Shown piece after piece: positions 54,998 to 64,000 of a DNA stretch of 64,000 bases (positions are counted from its first letter, which is position 1; every line of letters starts with the position of its first letter). The stretch is from Candidatus Omnitrophota bacterium (GTDB taxonomy: Bacteria; Omnitrophota; Gorgyraeia; Gygaellales; Profunditerraquicolaceae). The notes under the pieces are model-generated. The model searched no databases. It was given only the letters and a program-made list of their open reading frames with translations, and had not been told where the DNA came from. A program made the translations under genes and the position numbers. The stretch is taken from the NCBI GenBank assembly GCA_017992455.1, contig JAGOOP010000001.1, positions 123,723-187,722 on the forward strand, in the 5' to 3' direction.

Positions 54998-56390
54998 GGG
55001 TCCCCGAAACTAATATCCGCCGGGCGTCTCCGACGGTAAATAACGAGCCTGTCACGACGATCGTGCCGTCCGGGCCGGCGCGGCCAAACGCGATATCGAG
55101 CGCCTCCCCAACGCGCTGCGCCTCGAGGACCGGCGTTGCCGTGCCCAGACCCCGGATAATGGCTGCGATATCGGCTGTCGTGCGCGCCCGCGGATTATCG
55201 GCCCGCGTGGCGATACAGAGATGCGCAAGCGGCACAAGATTCCCGCAGATGGCGGCCGCATCTTTATCCCTGGATATGCCCAGCACAAGAATGATGTTCC
55301 CGCCGCGGATAAACTGCCTGAGCGTCTTTGCCAGCGCAGCGGCCGAGGCCGCATTGTGCGCGCCGTCCAGGATAACGCGCGGCCTGCGATCAATGATCTC
55401 AAAACGGCCCGGCCAGCGCGCTGCCGCGAGCCCCCGGTGAACGGGATCAACTGCGCGCTCCGTTTCCCGGCAGCCGAAAAGACCGGCGACAAGCCCGACG
55501 GCAACCGCCGCATTGACCGCTTGGTGTTCTCCCATCAACGGCAGGCGGATATCTTTGTACGAACCGGCCGCGCCGGAAATATCGACCCTCTGCCCTTCGC
55601 CGGCAACAGCACGGATCTCGTACCGGATGTCTTTGCCGATCTCCAGCAGGCGGCATCCCTGCTCCGAGCACCGGGAACGCAGGACCGCAGCGACTCTGTC
55701 TTCCTGCGGCGCGGTGATGACCATGCCCGTCGGAGTTCCGCGCTTGATGATGCCGGCCTTTTCCCGGGCGATGTCGACAAGCGTATTTCCAAGTTTGTTC
55801 GTGTGATCGAAGCTTATCGGCGTGATGCCGGCAATATGCGGCAGAACGACGTTCGTTGCGTCAAGCCGGCCGCCAAGGCCCGTTTCCAGGACCGCATAAT
55901 CGACCGCCTGCTCTTTGAAATACACAAAAGCGAGCGCCGTATATACCTCGAAGAAAGACAACGGGCCGTGCGCAGACCGGGCGCCGTATGCGGTGATCTC
56001 CGGCCGCATCATTACGGTCAATCGCGTCAATTCTTCCTCGGGGATCATGCCTTCGAAATCCGCCTCGGCAAGGCGGCGTGTGTCCGGCCGGACAGTTCCG
56101 GCCGGGTCCAACACGCGGATACGCTCCCTCACATCGGTCAGATGCGGAGAGGTATACAGGCCGACGCGGTAGCCCATGTACCGCAGGATGGAAGCGGCAA
56201 ACGCGCATACGGAACCCTTGCCCTTGGTCCCGGCCACATGGATACAGCGCAGCGTCCGGTGCGGATCGCCGATACCGGCCAGGAATTCCGCGATGCGCTC
56301 AAGCTTGAAGGAAGCCGCATAGGGAAGGCACGGCGTTTTCTCGTGATTGGCGAACGATTCGAGGTATTCGATCGTATCCCGGTAGGACAT
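54984..56390 (-). CDS. folC: Folylpolyglutamate synthase / dihydrofolate synthase
   Basis: HVAGTKGKGSV P-loop, LETGLGGRLDATN, and a Mur-ligase-type C-terminal domain. Confidence 0.9.
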   Translation of the reverse strand: MSYRDTIEYLESFANHEKTPCLPYAASFKLERIAEFLAGIGDPHRTLRCIHVAGTKGKGSVCAFAASILRYMGYRVGLYTSPHLTDVRERIRVLDPAGTVRPDTRRLAEADFEGMIPEEELTRLTVMMRPEITAYGARSAHGPLSFFEVYTALAFVYFKEQAVDYAVLETGLGGRLDATNVVLPHIAGITPISFDHTNKLGNTLVDIAREKAGIIKRGTPTGMVITAPQEDRVAAVLRSRCSEQGCRLLEIGKDIRYEIRAVAGEGQRVDISGAAGSYKDIRLPLMGEHQAVNAAVAVGLVAGLFGCRETERAVDPVHRGLAAARWPGRFEIIDRRPRVILDGAHNAASAAALAKTLRQFIRGGNIILVLGISRDKDAAAICGNLVPLAHLCIATRADNPRARTTADIAAIIRGLGTATPVLEAQRVGEALDIAFGRAGPDGTIVVTGSLFTVGDARRILVSGTHEIS

Positions 56391-56414
56391 AGGAACCTGC
56401 GGAATCGTTACTGC

Positions 56415-57974
56415 TTAATGGCGGAAATGCCGCATCCCCGTGAACACCATAGCGATCTTGTGCTTGTCACAGGCATTGATGATATCGTCATCGGCGATCG
56501 AACCGCCCGGCTGTATGATCGCCTTGACGCCGATCTTTGCCGCCTGAGCGATCGCGTCCTCTTTCGGGAAGAACGCGTCGGAGGCAAGGCATGAATTCTT
56601 TGCCAGTTTCCCCGCCTTGCGCTGGGTGATATATACCGAATCGACCCGCGACATCTGGCCCGCGCCGATCCCGACGGTCCGGGTACCCTGCACAAGGATG
56701 ATCGCGTTCGATTTGACGTGTTTGGCCACCTTCCAGGCGAACAAAAGAGCGGCCATATCTTTTGCCGACGGCTTCTTTTTCGTCACCACTTTCAATTTCG
56801 ATTCGTCAAGGGTCAGAAGGTCTTCATCCTGCACAAGAAGGCCGCCCGCGACCCGCTTCAAGTCAAGCTGTTCGGTCTTCCGCGTCACATGCGGCAGTTC
56901 AAGCAGGCGGACGTTCTTCTTTTCTTTGAGAAGGGAGAGCGCGCCGGGCGCGAACGACGGAGCGACAATGCATTCCAGAAAACCGCATTTCCCGATGGCC
57001 CGGGCGATCTTTTCATCAACAGGCCGGTTGATGCTGACAATGCCCCCGAACGCGGACAGCTTGTCGCAGCTCCACGACTGGTCGAACGCCTTCATGATAT
57101 CGTCATTCTCGGCAACGCCGCACGGATTATTATGCTTGACGAAAACGACCGCGGGCTTTTCGAACTCCCCGACGATGTTGACCGCGGCATTCACATCCAG
57201 TATATTGTTGAACGACAGCTCCTTGCCCCACAATTGCTTCATTGCCGCAACCCCGGCGATATCTCCGGCATCGCGGTAGAACGCCGCGGACTGATGGGGG
57301 TTCTCCCCGTAGCGCAGGTCCTGCATCTTGATGAAATGAACGGACATCTCCGCCGAAAATCTATCGCTGTGAGAGCTTCCGCCGTGCTGGCCGCTCAGGT
57401 ACCGGTAGATCGCCTGGTCGTAATGGCTCGTGGTCCTGAAAACCTCATGGCCGAGCACCCGGGCGGTCTCTTCGGATATCGCGCCGCCGGTGCGGTTCAG
57501 CTCTTCGATAATGCCGTGATACTGGTTCGGATTGCATACGACCACGACCGACTGATGATTCTTGGCCGCGGAGCGCAGCATCGACGGGCCGCCGATATCG
57601 ATGTTCTCTATCGCCTGCTCCCTTGTTACCCCGGGATTGGCGACCGTTTTCTCGAACGGATACAAGTTCACCACGACCATATCGATGAGCCCTATCTTAT
57701 GGTTTTTCAGCGTCTCCATATGCTCCGTGTTCCGGCGCAGGGCAAGGAGCCCTCCGTGGATCTTCGGATGCAGCGTCTTGACCCGGCCGTCAAGCATCTC
57801 GGGGAACCCGGTATAATCGGACACCTCGGTCACCATGATGCCCTGTTCTTTCAGCGCTTTGGCGGTGCCGCCCGTCGACAATATCTCAACGCCGAACTTG
57901 GACAGAGCCCCGCATAATTCAATAATACCCGTTTTGTCGGAAACACTCACCAATGCGCGTTTTATCTTGATCAT
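56415..57974 (-). CDS. purH: Bifunctional AICAR transformylase / IMP cyclohydrolase
   Basis: [13 protein letters not shown]...STGGTAK...[13 protein letters not shown]...C-terminal FTGMRHFRH. Confidence 0.95.
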   Translation of the reverse strand: MIKIKRALVSVSDKTGIIELCGALSKFGVEILSTGGTAKALKEQGIMVTEVSDYTGFPEMLDGRVKTLHPKIHGGLLALRRNTEHMETLKNHKIGLIDMVVVNLYPFEKTVANPGVTREQAIENIDIGGPSMLRSAAKNHQSVVVVCNPNQYHGIIEELNRTGGAISEETARVLGHEVFRTTSHYDQAIYRYLSGQHGGSSHSDRFSAEMSVHFIKMQDLRYGENPHQSAAFYRDAGDIAGVAAMKQLWGKELSFNNILDVNAAVNIVGEFEKPAVVFVKHNNPCGVAENDDIMKAFDQSWSCDKLSAFGGIVSINRPVDEKIARAIGKCGFLECIVAPSFAPGALSLLKEKKNVRLLELPHVTRKTEQLDLKRVAGGLLVQDEDLLTLDESKLKVVTKKKPSAKDMAALLFAWKVAKHVKSNAIILVQGTRTVGIGAGQMSRVDSVYITQRKAGKLAKNSCLASDAFFPKEDAIAQAAKIGVKAIIQPGGSIADDDIINACDKHKIAMVFTGMRHFRH

Positions 57975-58013
57975 TGAGCAGTCCTTTCCTGTTCCCGCAT
58001 CCGCACGATCCTG

Positions 58014-58718
58014 TTATTTATTGGTCCTGATGACAAGATAATCCCCGTCCTGAACGGCATATTCTTTCATTTCGAGCCGCACGTGGTTGTTCGATTTCGC
58101 CCTGGAAAGGCTTCCGTCTGAAACAAGGTCCCGGAACGACACGACCTCTGCGCGGATAAAACCTTTTTGTATGTCCGAATGGATCGCGCCCGCGGCATCC
58201 CACGCGGTCGCGCCTTTTTTCAGCGGCCACGCATGCGCATCCTTGTCGCCCGCGGTAAAAAAACTGATGTAGCCCAAATGCGCGTAGGCATTGGACAACA
58301 CTGCGTCTTTATTCTCGAGCTCCGCGGCCTGCGCCAGGTACACCGGCCGCATCGATAACAGCGAATATCCCGAGACGAGCTCACGCTCCTGGGCGGTCAG
58401 GGCGACATCGCACACCAACCCTTCCTTGTCCAGCTGGTCCTTGAACCGTGTCAGGACCGCTTTTTCCGCATCGGGAGGGTTCCGCGACAGCCGCGTTTCG
58501 ACGAACTCGATATCGGCCACGACGAGATCCAGCTTTTTATCCGCCGGGCATATGATGCCGTCGCACTCGAACAGTTTGCCCTCGTCGACAACAATATCGA
58601 CCTGAATATACACTTCCTTTGCCGAATTGAACATGGCTTTCAACTGCTTGATCCGGGGATCGGACAACGCCGCTTTCCCCTGTGTGAATACATCGGTCCC
58701 TGCGATTCCTATCTTCAC
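58014..58718 (-). CDS. YchF-related protein that keeps the C-terminal (DUF933/TGS-like) domain but lacks a P-loop
   Basis: The C-terminus FFTAGDKDAHAWPLKKGATAWDAAGAIHSDIQKGFIRAEVVSFRDL is YchF-like. The N-terminus MKIGIAGTDVFTQGKAAL sits where GxxxxGKS/T would be. Confidence 0.5.
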   Translation of the reverse strand: MKIGIAGTDVFTQGKAALSDPRIKQLKAMFNSAKEVYIQVDIVVDEGKLFECDGIICPADKKLDLVVADIEFVETRLSRNPPDAEKAVLTRFKDQLDKEGLVCDVALTAQERELVSGYSLLSMRPVYLAQAAELENKDAVLSNAYAHLGYISFFTAGDKDAHAWPLKKGATAWDAAGAIHSDIQKGFIRAEVVSFRDLVSDGSLSRAKSNNHVRLEMKEYAVQDGDYLVIRTNK

Positions 58719-58736
58719 CGGTTACGGCTCCTTTGG

Positions 58737-60671
58737 TTACTCTTCGTCCTCTTTATGATGCTCCTGGAATGCCTGGATTATGGGCGCTGCGATCTTATTC
58801 GGCACCGTTTCGTAATGGGAGAATTTCATGGTATAGCTCGCCTTGCCCTGGGTCATGGAGCGCAGATCGTTGGCATAGGTGAACATTTCTGAAAGCGGCA
58901 CGCTTGCCTTGAGCGCCTGGGTCCTGCCCTTCACCTCCATCCCGAGGGTCCTGCCGCGGCGGGAGTTCAGATCGCCCGACACCGCGCCCATGTATTCTTC
59001 CGGAATATACACTTCTATTTCCATGATCGGCTCAAGGAGCACCGGGCTGGCGGCCAGCACCGCTTTGCGTAATGCCATGCCGCCCGCGCGCTGGAACGCC
59101 GCATCGGACGAATCGACGTCGTGGTATGAACCGTCGAACAATATCGCCTGGACGTCCACGACCGGGAAACCGGCGATCACGCCCTGCGCCATCGCGGCGC
59201 GGATGCCCTTTTCGACCGAGGGGATGAAATTGCGCGGGATGGCTCCTCCGACGACCTTGTCCACAAACTCGAACCCTTTGCCGTGCTCGAGGGGTTTGAG
59301 CTCGATCCACGCGTCGCCATACTGGCCGCGGCCGCCTGACTGACGCTTGAATTTTCCCTGGACCTTGGCTGTTTTCGTGATCGATTCCTTATACGGAACT
59401 TTCGGCTTCCCCAGATCGACATCGACATTGAAGCGCTTCTTAAGACGGCCGATCATGATATGCAGATGCAGGTCGCCCATGCCCGAGATGATCATTTCTT
59501 TTGTCTCCGGCTCGACTTTCTCGTGGAATGTCTGATCCTCGGCAACGAGCTTGGCGAGGGCCTGCGAGATCTTTTCTTCATCCTGGCGGGTCTTGGGCTT
59601 GACCGATGCGGACATCATCGCCTCGGGAAATTCCATCGGCTTGAATACGACCGGGTGCTGCTGGTCCGCGAGCGTATCGTTGGTCCAGGTATTCTTGAGC
59701 TTGGGTATGGCAACGATATCGCCGGGACCGGCGCTTTCGACCGCGCGCTGTTCCTTGCCCTGGAGCAGATACAGATGGCCGAACCGTTCGGTGTTCTTCT
59801 GCGTGACATTATAAAACGTCGCGTTCGCGGCAAGCTTGCCCGAAAAGACGCGCGCAATGCTTAATTGCCCCACATAGGGGTCGAATATGCTCTTGAAAAC
59901 AAATGCGGAGAACGGCTTGCTGTCCGACGGCTCGACCGCCCCTTCTTCGATGAGCATATGCGGCCGCTCAAGCGGCGATGCGAGATCCTCTTTGACGGCC
60001 TTGAGCAGGTCGTCGAGGCCCGCTTCGGTCAACGCAGACCCGAAAATGATCGGGAACACCTTTGCATTGTTGACCGCCTGATGCAGCCCCGCTTTGATCT
60101 CGTCGATGGTAAGCGTGCCGTTGGAAAGATATTTTTCAAGCAATGAATCGTCGCTTTCGGCAACCTCTTCCATCAGCGATTCAAGCGACGTGGTATCGAG
60201 GATAACGGCGCTGCGCGATAAAACCGACCGTATCTCCGCCACGATCTTGTCCTTATCGACCCCGTCCTTATCCGCCTTATTGACGAATATGAGCCGCGGC
60301 ATGCCGATCTCTTCGAGCAGATGCCAGACGCGCTCGGTCCCGACCTCGACGCCGGAGCTTGCGTCGATCACGACGACCGCGTTATCGACGGCCCTGATCC
60401 CTGCGAGGACTTCCCCGTAAAAGTCGGCAAAGCCCGGCGTATCCACGATCTGGATCCTGATATCCTGGTAATCGCAGAACATGAAGCCGGCGTTGATCGA
60501 TGACTTGCGCTCGATCTCGTCCCAATTATAATCGCTGACCGTATTGCCTTCGCCGATCGTTCCCTTACGGGTTGTCGCCTTGCATTTGAACAGGATCGCT
60601 TCGGACAGGCTGGTTTTGCCTGATTGGGCGTGGCCAAGGAAAACTACGCTCCTCTTATTAGTGGCTTCCAT
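58737..60671 (-). CDS. Elongation factor G-like translational GTPase (paralog)
   Basis: Likely start MEATNKRSVVFLGHAQSGKTSL at 60671. It has DTPGFADF, NKADK, and EF-G domains II-V (GDLHLHIMIGRLKKRF...). Confidence 0.85.
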   Translation of the reverse strand: MEATNKRSVVFLGHAQSGKTSLSEAILFKCKATTRKGTIGEGNTVSDYNWDEIERKSSINAGFMFCDYQDIRIQIVDTPGFADFYGEVLAGIRAVDNAVVVIDASSGVEVGTERVWHLLEEIGMPRLIFVNKADKDGVDKDKIVAEIRSVLSRSAVILDTTSLESLMEEVAESDDSLLEKYLSNGTLTIDEIKAGLHQAVNNAKVFPIIFGSALTEAGLDDLLKAVKEDLASPLERPHMLIEEGAVEPSDSKPFSAFVFKSIFDPYVGQLSIARVFSGKLAANATFYNVTQKNTERFGHLYLLQGKEQRAVESAGPGDIVAIPKLKNTWTNDTLADQQHPVVFKPMEFPEAMMSASVKPKTRQDEEKISQALAKLVAEDQTFHEKVEPETKEMIISGMGDLHLHIMIGRLKKRFNVDVDLGKPKVPYKESITKTAKVQGKFKRQSGGRGQYGDAWIELKPLEHGKGFEFVDKVVGGAIPRNFIPSVEKGIRAAMAQGVIAGFPVVDVQAILFDGSYHDVDSSDAAFQRAGGMALRKAVLAASPVLLEPIMEIEVYIPEEYMGAVSGDLNSRRGRTLGMEVKGRTQALKASVPLSEMFTYANDLRSMTQGKASYTMKFSHYETVPNKIAAPIIQAFQEHHKEDEE

Positions 60672-60791
60672 GATAATGCTCCTTTTTTGGGGAAAGACGG
60701 GAATTTTATCAGGGCTCAATCATGAAGATCGAGAGCCGGTTAGGCGTATATTCATTATAGAAGACAAGCAGACCGCGGTCAAGCATAAAAA

Positions 60792-60871
60792 GGCTAAAAA
60801 CGGGGTCAGAATTATTTATTTGCGATATGTCAGTAGCCGGCAAATAAATAATTCTGACCCCGTTTTTAGCC
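60792..60871. repeat. REP-like element, inverted pair with 18-nt loop (31-bp arms)
   Basis: GGCTAAAAACGGGGTCAGAATTATTTATTTG ... CAAATAAATAATTCTGACCCCGTTTTTAGCC, between the kamA stop and the EF-G-like gene start. Confidence 0.9.
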
Positions 60872-60896
60872 CCTCGTTCGAGTCTTTTTCAGAGGG

Positions 60897-62084
60897 TTAT
60901 TCGAGGTAGGTAAAGACCTTATTCTCGTAATTGCGCAGGACGTATTTGCCTTTTGCCTGCGAAAGGATGTAATTCGGCGCAACGGGGATCTTGCCGCCGC
61001 CGCCGGGCGCGTCGATCACATAGGTCGGCACGCCGTAGCCGGTCGTATGGCCCCGCAATTTCTCCATGATATTGATGCCCACGCTCACCGGCGTGCGGAA
61101 ATGCTGCGTGCCGCGCGCAGGGTCGCACTGATAGATATAATAGGGGCGGACGCGCATCTTCAACAGTTCATGCATAAGCCTGCGCATGGTCGACGGCCGA
61201 TCGTTGATCCCTTTGAGGAGGACGGTCTGGCTTCCCAGCGGGATCCCTGCGTCGGCGAGCATATCGCAGGCATTGCGGGTCCTGCGCGTGATCTCCTTCG
61301 GGTGGTTGAAATGAAGGCTGATCCAGACCGGCGCGTGTTTCTTGAGCATTGCCACAAGCCCTTCGGTAATGCGCTGCGGCAGCGTCACCGGCACGCGGCT
61401 GCCTATTCTGATGAATTCCAGGTGGGATATGGCGCGCAGCCTGCCCAGGAGCATATCCAGCACTTCATCTTCAAGGGTCAGGGGATCGCCTCCCGATATC
61501 AGCACATCGCGCACCTTCTTGTTCGACTGGATATATTCAATGGCCTTGTCCCAGCGGTTGATCGAGGTATCGCGCTTCTCATCCTGGCCCACAAGCCGGC
61601 GCCTCGTGCAATGGCGGCAGTACATCGCGCACGACTCCGTTGCCAGAAGCAATACCCGGTCCGGATACCGGTGCACCAGATGCGGCGCCGGCGAATGGCT
61701 GTCCTCCCCGCACGGATCGGCCATCTCATACGGACTCACCTTGAACTCATCCACGGTCGGGATCGCCTGGCGCCGGATCGGGCACAACGGATCTTCCGGA
61801 TCAAGGAGCGTCGCCCAGTATGGAGTGATCGCCATGGCCATGCGGCCGCGGGCGCTTTTCAACCCGTCTTCCTCAGCCTGCGTAAGCTTCACGACCTGGC
61901 TGATCTGATCGAGCTTGGAGATCCGGTTGCGCATCTGCCAATGCCAGTCTTCCCAATCCAGAGGATTGACGTCTTTGTACAAGCTGATCTGCTGGTAATC
62001 CCTGCTGATGCGTTTTGCAGGACGGCTTGTAATAACGGGCTCGCCAAGCGTTTTGTGCTGTTCGGTCGCAAGCGTATTAGCCAT
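60897..62084 (-). CDS. KamA-family radical SAM aminomutase (lysine 2,3-aminomutase-like)
   Basis: CAMYCRHCTRR cluster motif with flanking VLISGGDPL, in a KamA-like layout (395 aa). Confidence 0.85.
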   Translation of the reverse strand: MANTLATEQHKTLGEPVITSRPAKRISRDYQQISLYKDVNPLDWEDWHWQMRNRISKLDQISQVVKLTQAEEDGLKSARGRMAMAITPYWATLLDPEDPLCPIRRQAIPTVDEFKVSPYEMADPCGEDSHSPAPHLVHRYPDRVLLLATESCAMYCRHCTRRRLVGQDEKRDTSINRWDKAIEYIQSNKKVRDVLISGGDPLTLEDEVLDMLLGRLRAISHLEFIRIGSRVPVTLPQRITEGLVAMLKKHAPVWISLHFNHPKEITRRTRNACDMLADAGIPLGSQTVLLKGINDRPSTMRRLMHELLKMRVRPYYIYQCDPARGTQHFRTPVSVGINIMEKLRGHTTGYGVPTYVIDAPGGGGKIPVAPNYILSQAKGKYVLRNYENKVFTYLE

Positions 62085-63111
62085 GGCTTATCTTCCTCCT
62101 TTGGAAGGCGCTCAACAATACCGACTCTATCAGATCCTCGTATTCCATGCCCGCGGCATATGCCATCCGCGGGAAATTCGATTCCTTCGGGTCCAGTCCG
62201 GGCAGCGGATTGATCTCCAGGACATACGGAACGTTATGTTTGTCCAGCCGGATATCGGTGCGGGATATATCGTAACATCCTATTGCCCGATGCGTGCGCA
62301 GCGCAGTATCTTTGACGAGCCGTTCCGTTGCGCTGTCCAGGCGCGCGGGACAGTAGAACGTCGGCGTCAGCCCCCGGCCGTGGTCCCCCTGAAACTCCTT
62401 CATGTGCCATGAATAAAAGTATTCGCCGCTTGCCGCGGCAGTCGAAAAATCTATCTCGAGCACGGGCAGGATCGTCGCCGTACCGTTCTCGAGGATCCCG
62501 ACGGTCAACTCCCTGCCCTCGATGAATTCCTCGACAAGGACTTCCTGCCGGTAAAGACGAATGAGCTCTGCGATCTTCTCGCGCATGTCCCCGGCAGCCG
62601 TAACGACGTTGGCGCGCGTGATCCCTTTCGCAGACCCCTCCAGGTTCGGCTTCACGATCAACGGGAACCGAAGCTTCGGGTCCAGCCGCTCCCCGCCCGT
62701 TTCGAAAACCTGGAACGACGGAGTGGGGATATTCTCCGCCCTCAGGATCCTTTTGGTCATCGCTTTGTTCAAAGCCAGCGCCAGCGAGAAGGCGCTCGAT
62801 CCGGTATACGGAATATCCAGGCACTCCAGCAATGCGGGTACCTCCGATTCCCTGAAGCGGCTGCGGCGGCCTTCGGCGATATTAAAGACCATATCGACCC
62901 TGTTCTTGATGAAATACGATATCAGCGCGGGCTGGTCCGCGTCGACCGACTGCACGATATGGCCGCGCCGGCACAAAGCCCGGGCGATCGCGTCGATCGT
63001 ATCCGCTGAATCATACTCCGAAAAATAATCCTCCGGCTTGCTCCCGTCTTCCTGCTTCACATTATACGTCAACGCGATGTTCATCGGAGGCCGTAACGCC
63101 GAATAGCGCAC
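62077..63111 (-). CDS. ATP-grasp ligase, D-alanine--D-alanine ligase-like (paralog 1)
   Basis: It has a Ddl-like N-domain, then ATP-grasp motifs (PLIVKPNLEGSAKGI, VLVEEFIEGRELTVGIL, VLEINPLPGL). It overlaps the kamA start by 8 nt. Confidence 0.8.
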   Translation of the reverse strand: MRYSALRPPMNIALTYNVKQEDGSKPEDYFSEYDSADTIDAIARALCRRGHIVQSVDADQPALISYFIKNRVDMVFNIAEGRRSRFRESEVPALLECLDIPYTGSSAFSLALALNKAMTKRILRAENIPTPSFQVFETGGERLDPKLRFPLIVKPNLEGSAKGITRANVVTAAGDMREKIAELIRLYRQEVLVEEFIEGRELTVGILENGTATILPVLEIDFSTAAASGEYFYSWHMKEFQGDHGRGLTPTFYCPARLDSATERLVKDTALRTHRAIGCYDISRTDIRLDKHNVPYVLEINPLPGLDPKESNFPRMAYAAGMEYEDLIESVLLSAFQRRKISHG

Positions 63112-64000
63112 TCGAGTATCCGGGCGATCATTTTCTCGTATGGCACGCCCTGGTATGCCGCGATGACCGCAAAAACGTCTTCGGTCGACAGAGACGGAAG
63201 CGGATTGATCTCCAGCACATACGGCGCTCCCGTTTCATCCACGCGGATATCGACCCTGCCGAAATCGCGGCATTCTATGGCCGTATAAGCAGCCAGCGAC
63301 ACATCGATAATACGCTGCACGAGCTTCGGATCGACCGGCGCGGGCACGATATATTCAACCGCATCGGGCCGCGCGATATGGCCGAACGTATAAAATTTAT
63401 CTTTCAGGTCGAGCGCCCCGTCTATTTTGATCTGCACGATCGGCAGGGCCTCGGGCGTTTCCGTGCCGAGGATCGCGACCGTAAATTCCGTTCCCCGGAT
63501 GAACTCCTCGATCAACGCAGGCTGGCGGTATTTGGCAAGGATCATTTCCACCTGCCTGCGTAATTCTTGATCCGTGGTAACGCGCGACGCTTCCGACAAC
63601 CCCTTCGACGATCCTTCACAGCGCGGTTTCACAAAAAGCGGGAACTTCATCGATGACGGGATCGTCCCGATCTGATCCATTGATTTTATCTCGACAAACT
63701 TGGGGGTGGGAATGCCTTCCGCAATAAAGATCTTTTTTGCGATGATCTTGTCCAGGGAAAGCGCGAGGGTGAGCGAGTCTGCCCCGACGAACGGGACGCC
63801 GGCCATCTCCAGAAGGATCGGAACCTGGGATTCGCGGTTCCTGCCGGCCAGGCCTTCGGATATATTGAAGACAATATCGACCTTCAAGTCATGGATCCGG
63901 CTTAACAGGGAAGAAACATTGCCGATCCTGACAACCTCATAACCGCTTTTACTAAATGCGTCGGCGATGACATTGATGGTATCGGGGTGGTCGAACTCGG
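63081..64000 (-). CDS. ATP-grasp ligase, D-alanine--D-alanine ligase-like (paralog 2), 5' end beyond the window
   Basis: PLFVKPRCEGSSKGL, ALIEEFIRGTEFTVAIL and VLEINPLPSL. The frame stays open upstream of the track's TTG start through to position 64000 (EFDHPDTINVIADAFSKSGYEVVRIG...). Confidence 0.8.
   Translation of the reverse strand, partial: EFDHPDTINVIADAFSKSGYEVVRIGNVSSLLSRIHDLKVDIVFNISEGLAGRNRESQVPILLEMAGVPFVGADSLTLALSLDKIIAKKIFIAEGIPTPKFVEIKSMDQIGTIPSSMKFPLFVKPRCEGSSKGLSEASRVTTDQELRRQVEMILAKYRQPALIEEFIRGTEFTVAILGTETPEALPIVQIKIDGALDLKDKFYTFGHIARPDAVEYIVPAPVDPKLVQRIIDVSLAAYTAIECRDFGRVDIRVDETGAPYVLEINPLPSLSTEDVFAVIAAYQGVPYEKMIARILECAIRRYGLR

Noticed and set aside
55221-56594. A 457-aa + strand ORF. 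Similar long ORFs occur at 56718..57917 (+), 61047..62213 (+), 50111..51289 (-), 53748..54830 (+), 35446..36273 (+), 29937..30785 (+) and 16142..16879 (+).
   Set aside because: Each lies antisense to a gene with clear conserved motifs (folC, purH, kamA, acyl-CoA synthetase, mnmE, accA, RND pump, nfo). Their translations are Arg/Pro/Gly/Ala-rich low-complexity strings typical of shadow frames in GC-rich coding DNA, and no Shine-Dalgarno or recognisable domains are present.
58737-60671. The EF-G-like gene considered as a Tet(M)/Tet(O)-type ribosomal protection (resistance) gene.
   Set aside because: Motif inspection alone cannot separate EF-G paralogs from ribosomal protection proteins. There is no mobile or resistance context here, so only the generic EF-G-like call is supported.

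Overview
This is a 64-kb window from a moderately GC-rich bacterium with an outer membrane (LptE, BamD, TolC and RND genes are present). The lineage cannot be determined from sequence alone, and no database search was run. I call about 57 protein genes, almost all on the minus strand, and 2 tRNAs.

The backbone is housekeeping and envelope genes: murJ, rpsT, holA, lptE, bamD, comEC/comEA, leuS, nfo, rlmN, mazG, dus, accA, folE, mnmE, folC, purH and an EF-G paralog. There is also an efflux operon (MarR, TolC, MFP, RND) with a readable promoter and operator.

Stand-out regions:
1. A 5,269-bp element sits at the extreme 3' end of tRNA-Leu(CAA), with an AT-rich cargo segment. It carries a large serine recombinase and a three-gene cargo: an AAA15/21-type ABC ATPase, an RloB/Toprim-like protein (an AbiL/PARIS/OLD-class defence pair) and an unknown 143-aa protein. 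The element is built from two nested inverted-repeat pairs (113 bp at 112/113; 399 bp perfect). The pairs meet at an att-like dyad core identical to the tRNA 3' end. Excision would therefore give a circle with two 505-bp inverted repeats, like the yeast 2-micron plasmid, each carrying an attP-like site.
2. A 2,387-aa secreted or membrane giant protein has two tandem GHKL-like ATPase modules and two HExxH motifs. A junction motif (V/L)Q(R/L)DGG recurs six times.
3. An MBOAT O-acyltransferase gene is flanked by three paralogs in which an SGNH hydrolase domain is split by a long TPR array. The largest paralog has near-identical 102-bp tandem coding repeats.
4. A KamA-family radical SAM aminomutase is followed by two paralogous Ddl-like ATP-grasp ligases. 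This cluster is truncated by the window end.
5. A dispersed 26-31-nt palindromic REP-like repeat family sits at the 3' ends of genes.

Many long ORFs in the track are antisense shadow frames of GC-rich genes and were rejected.
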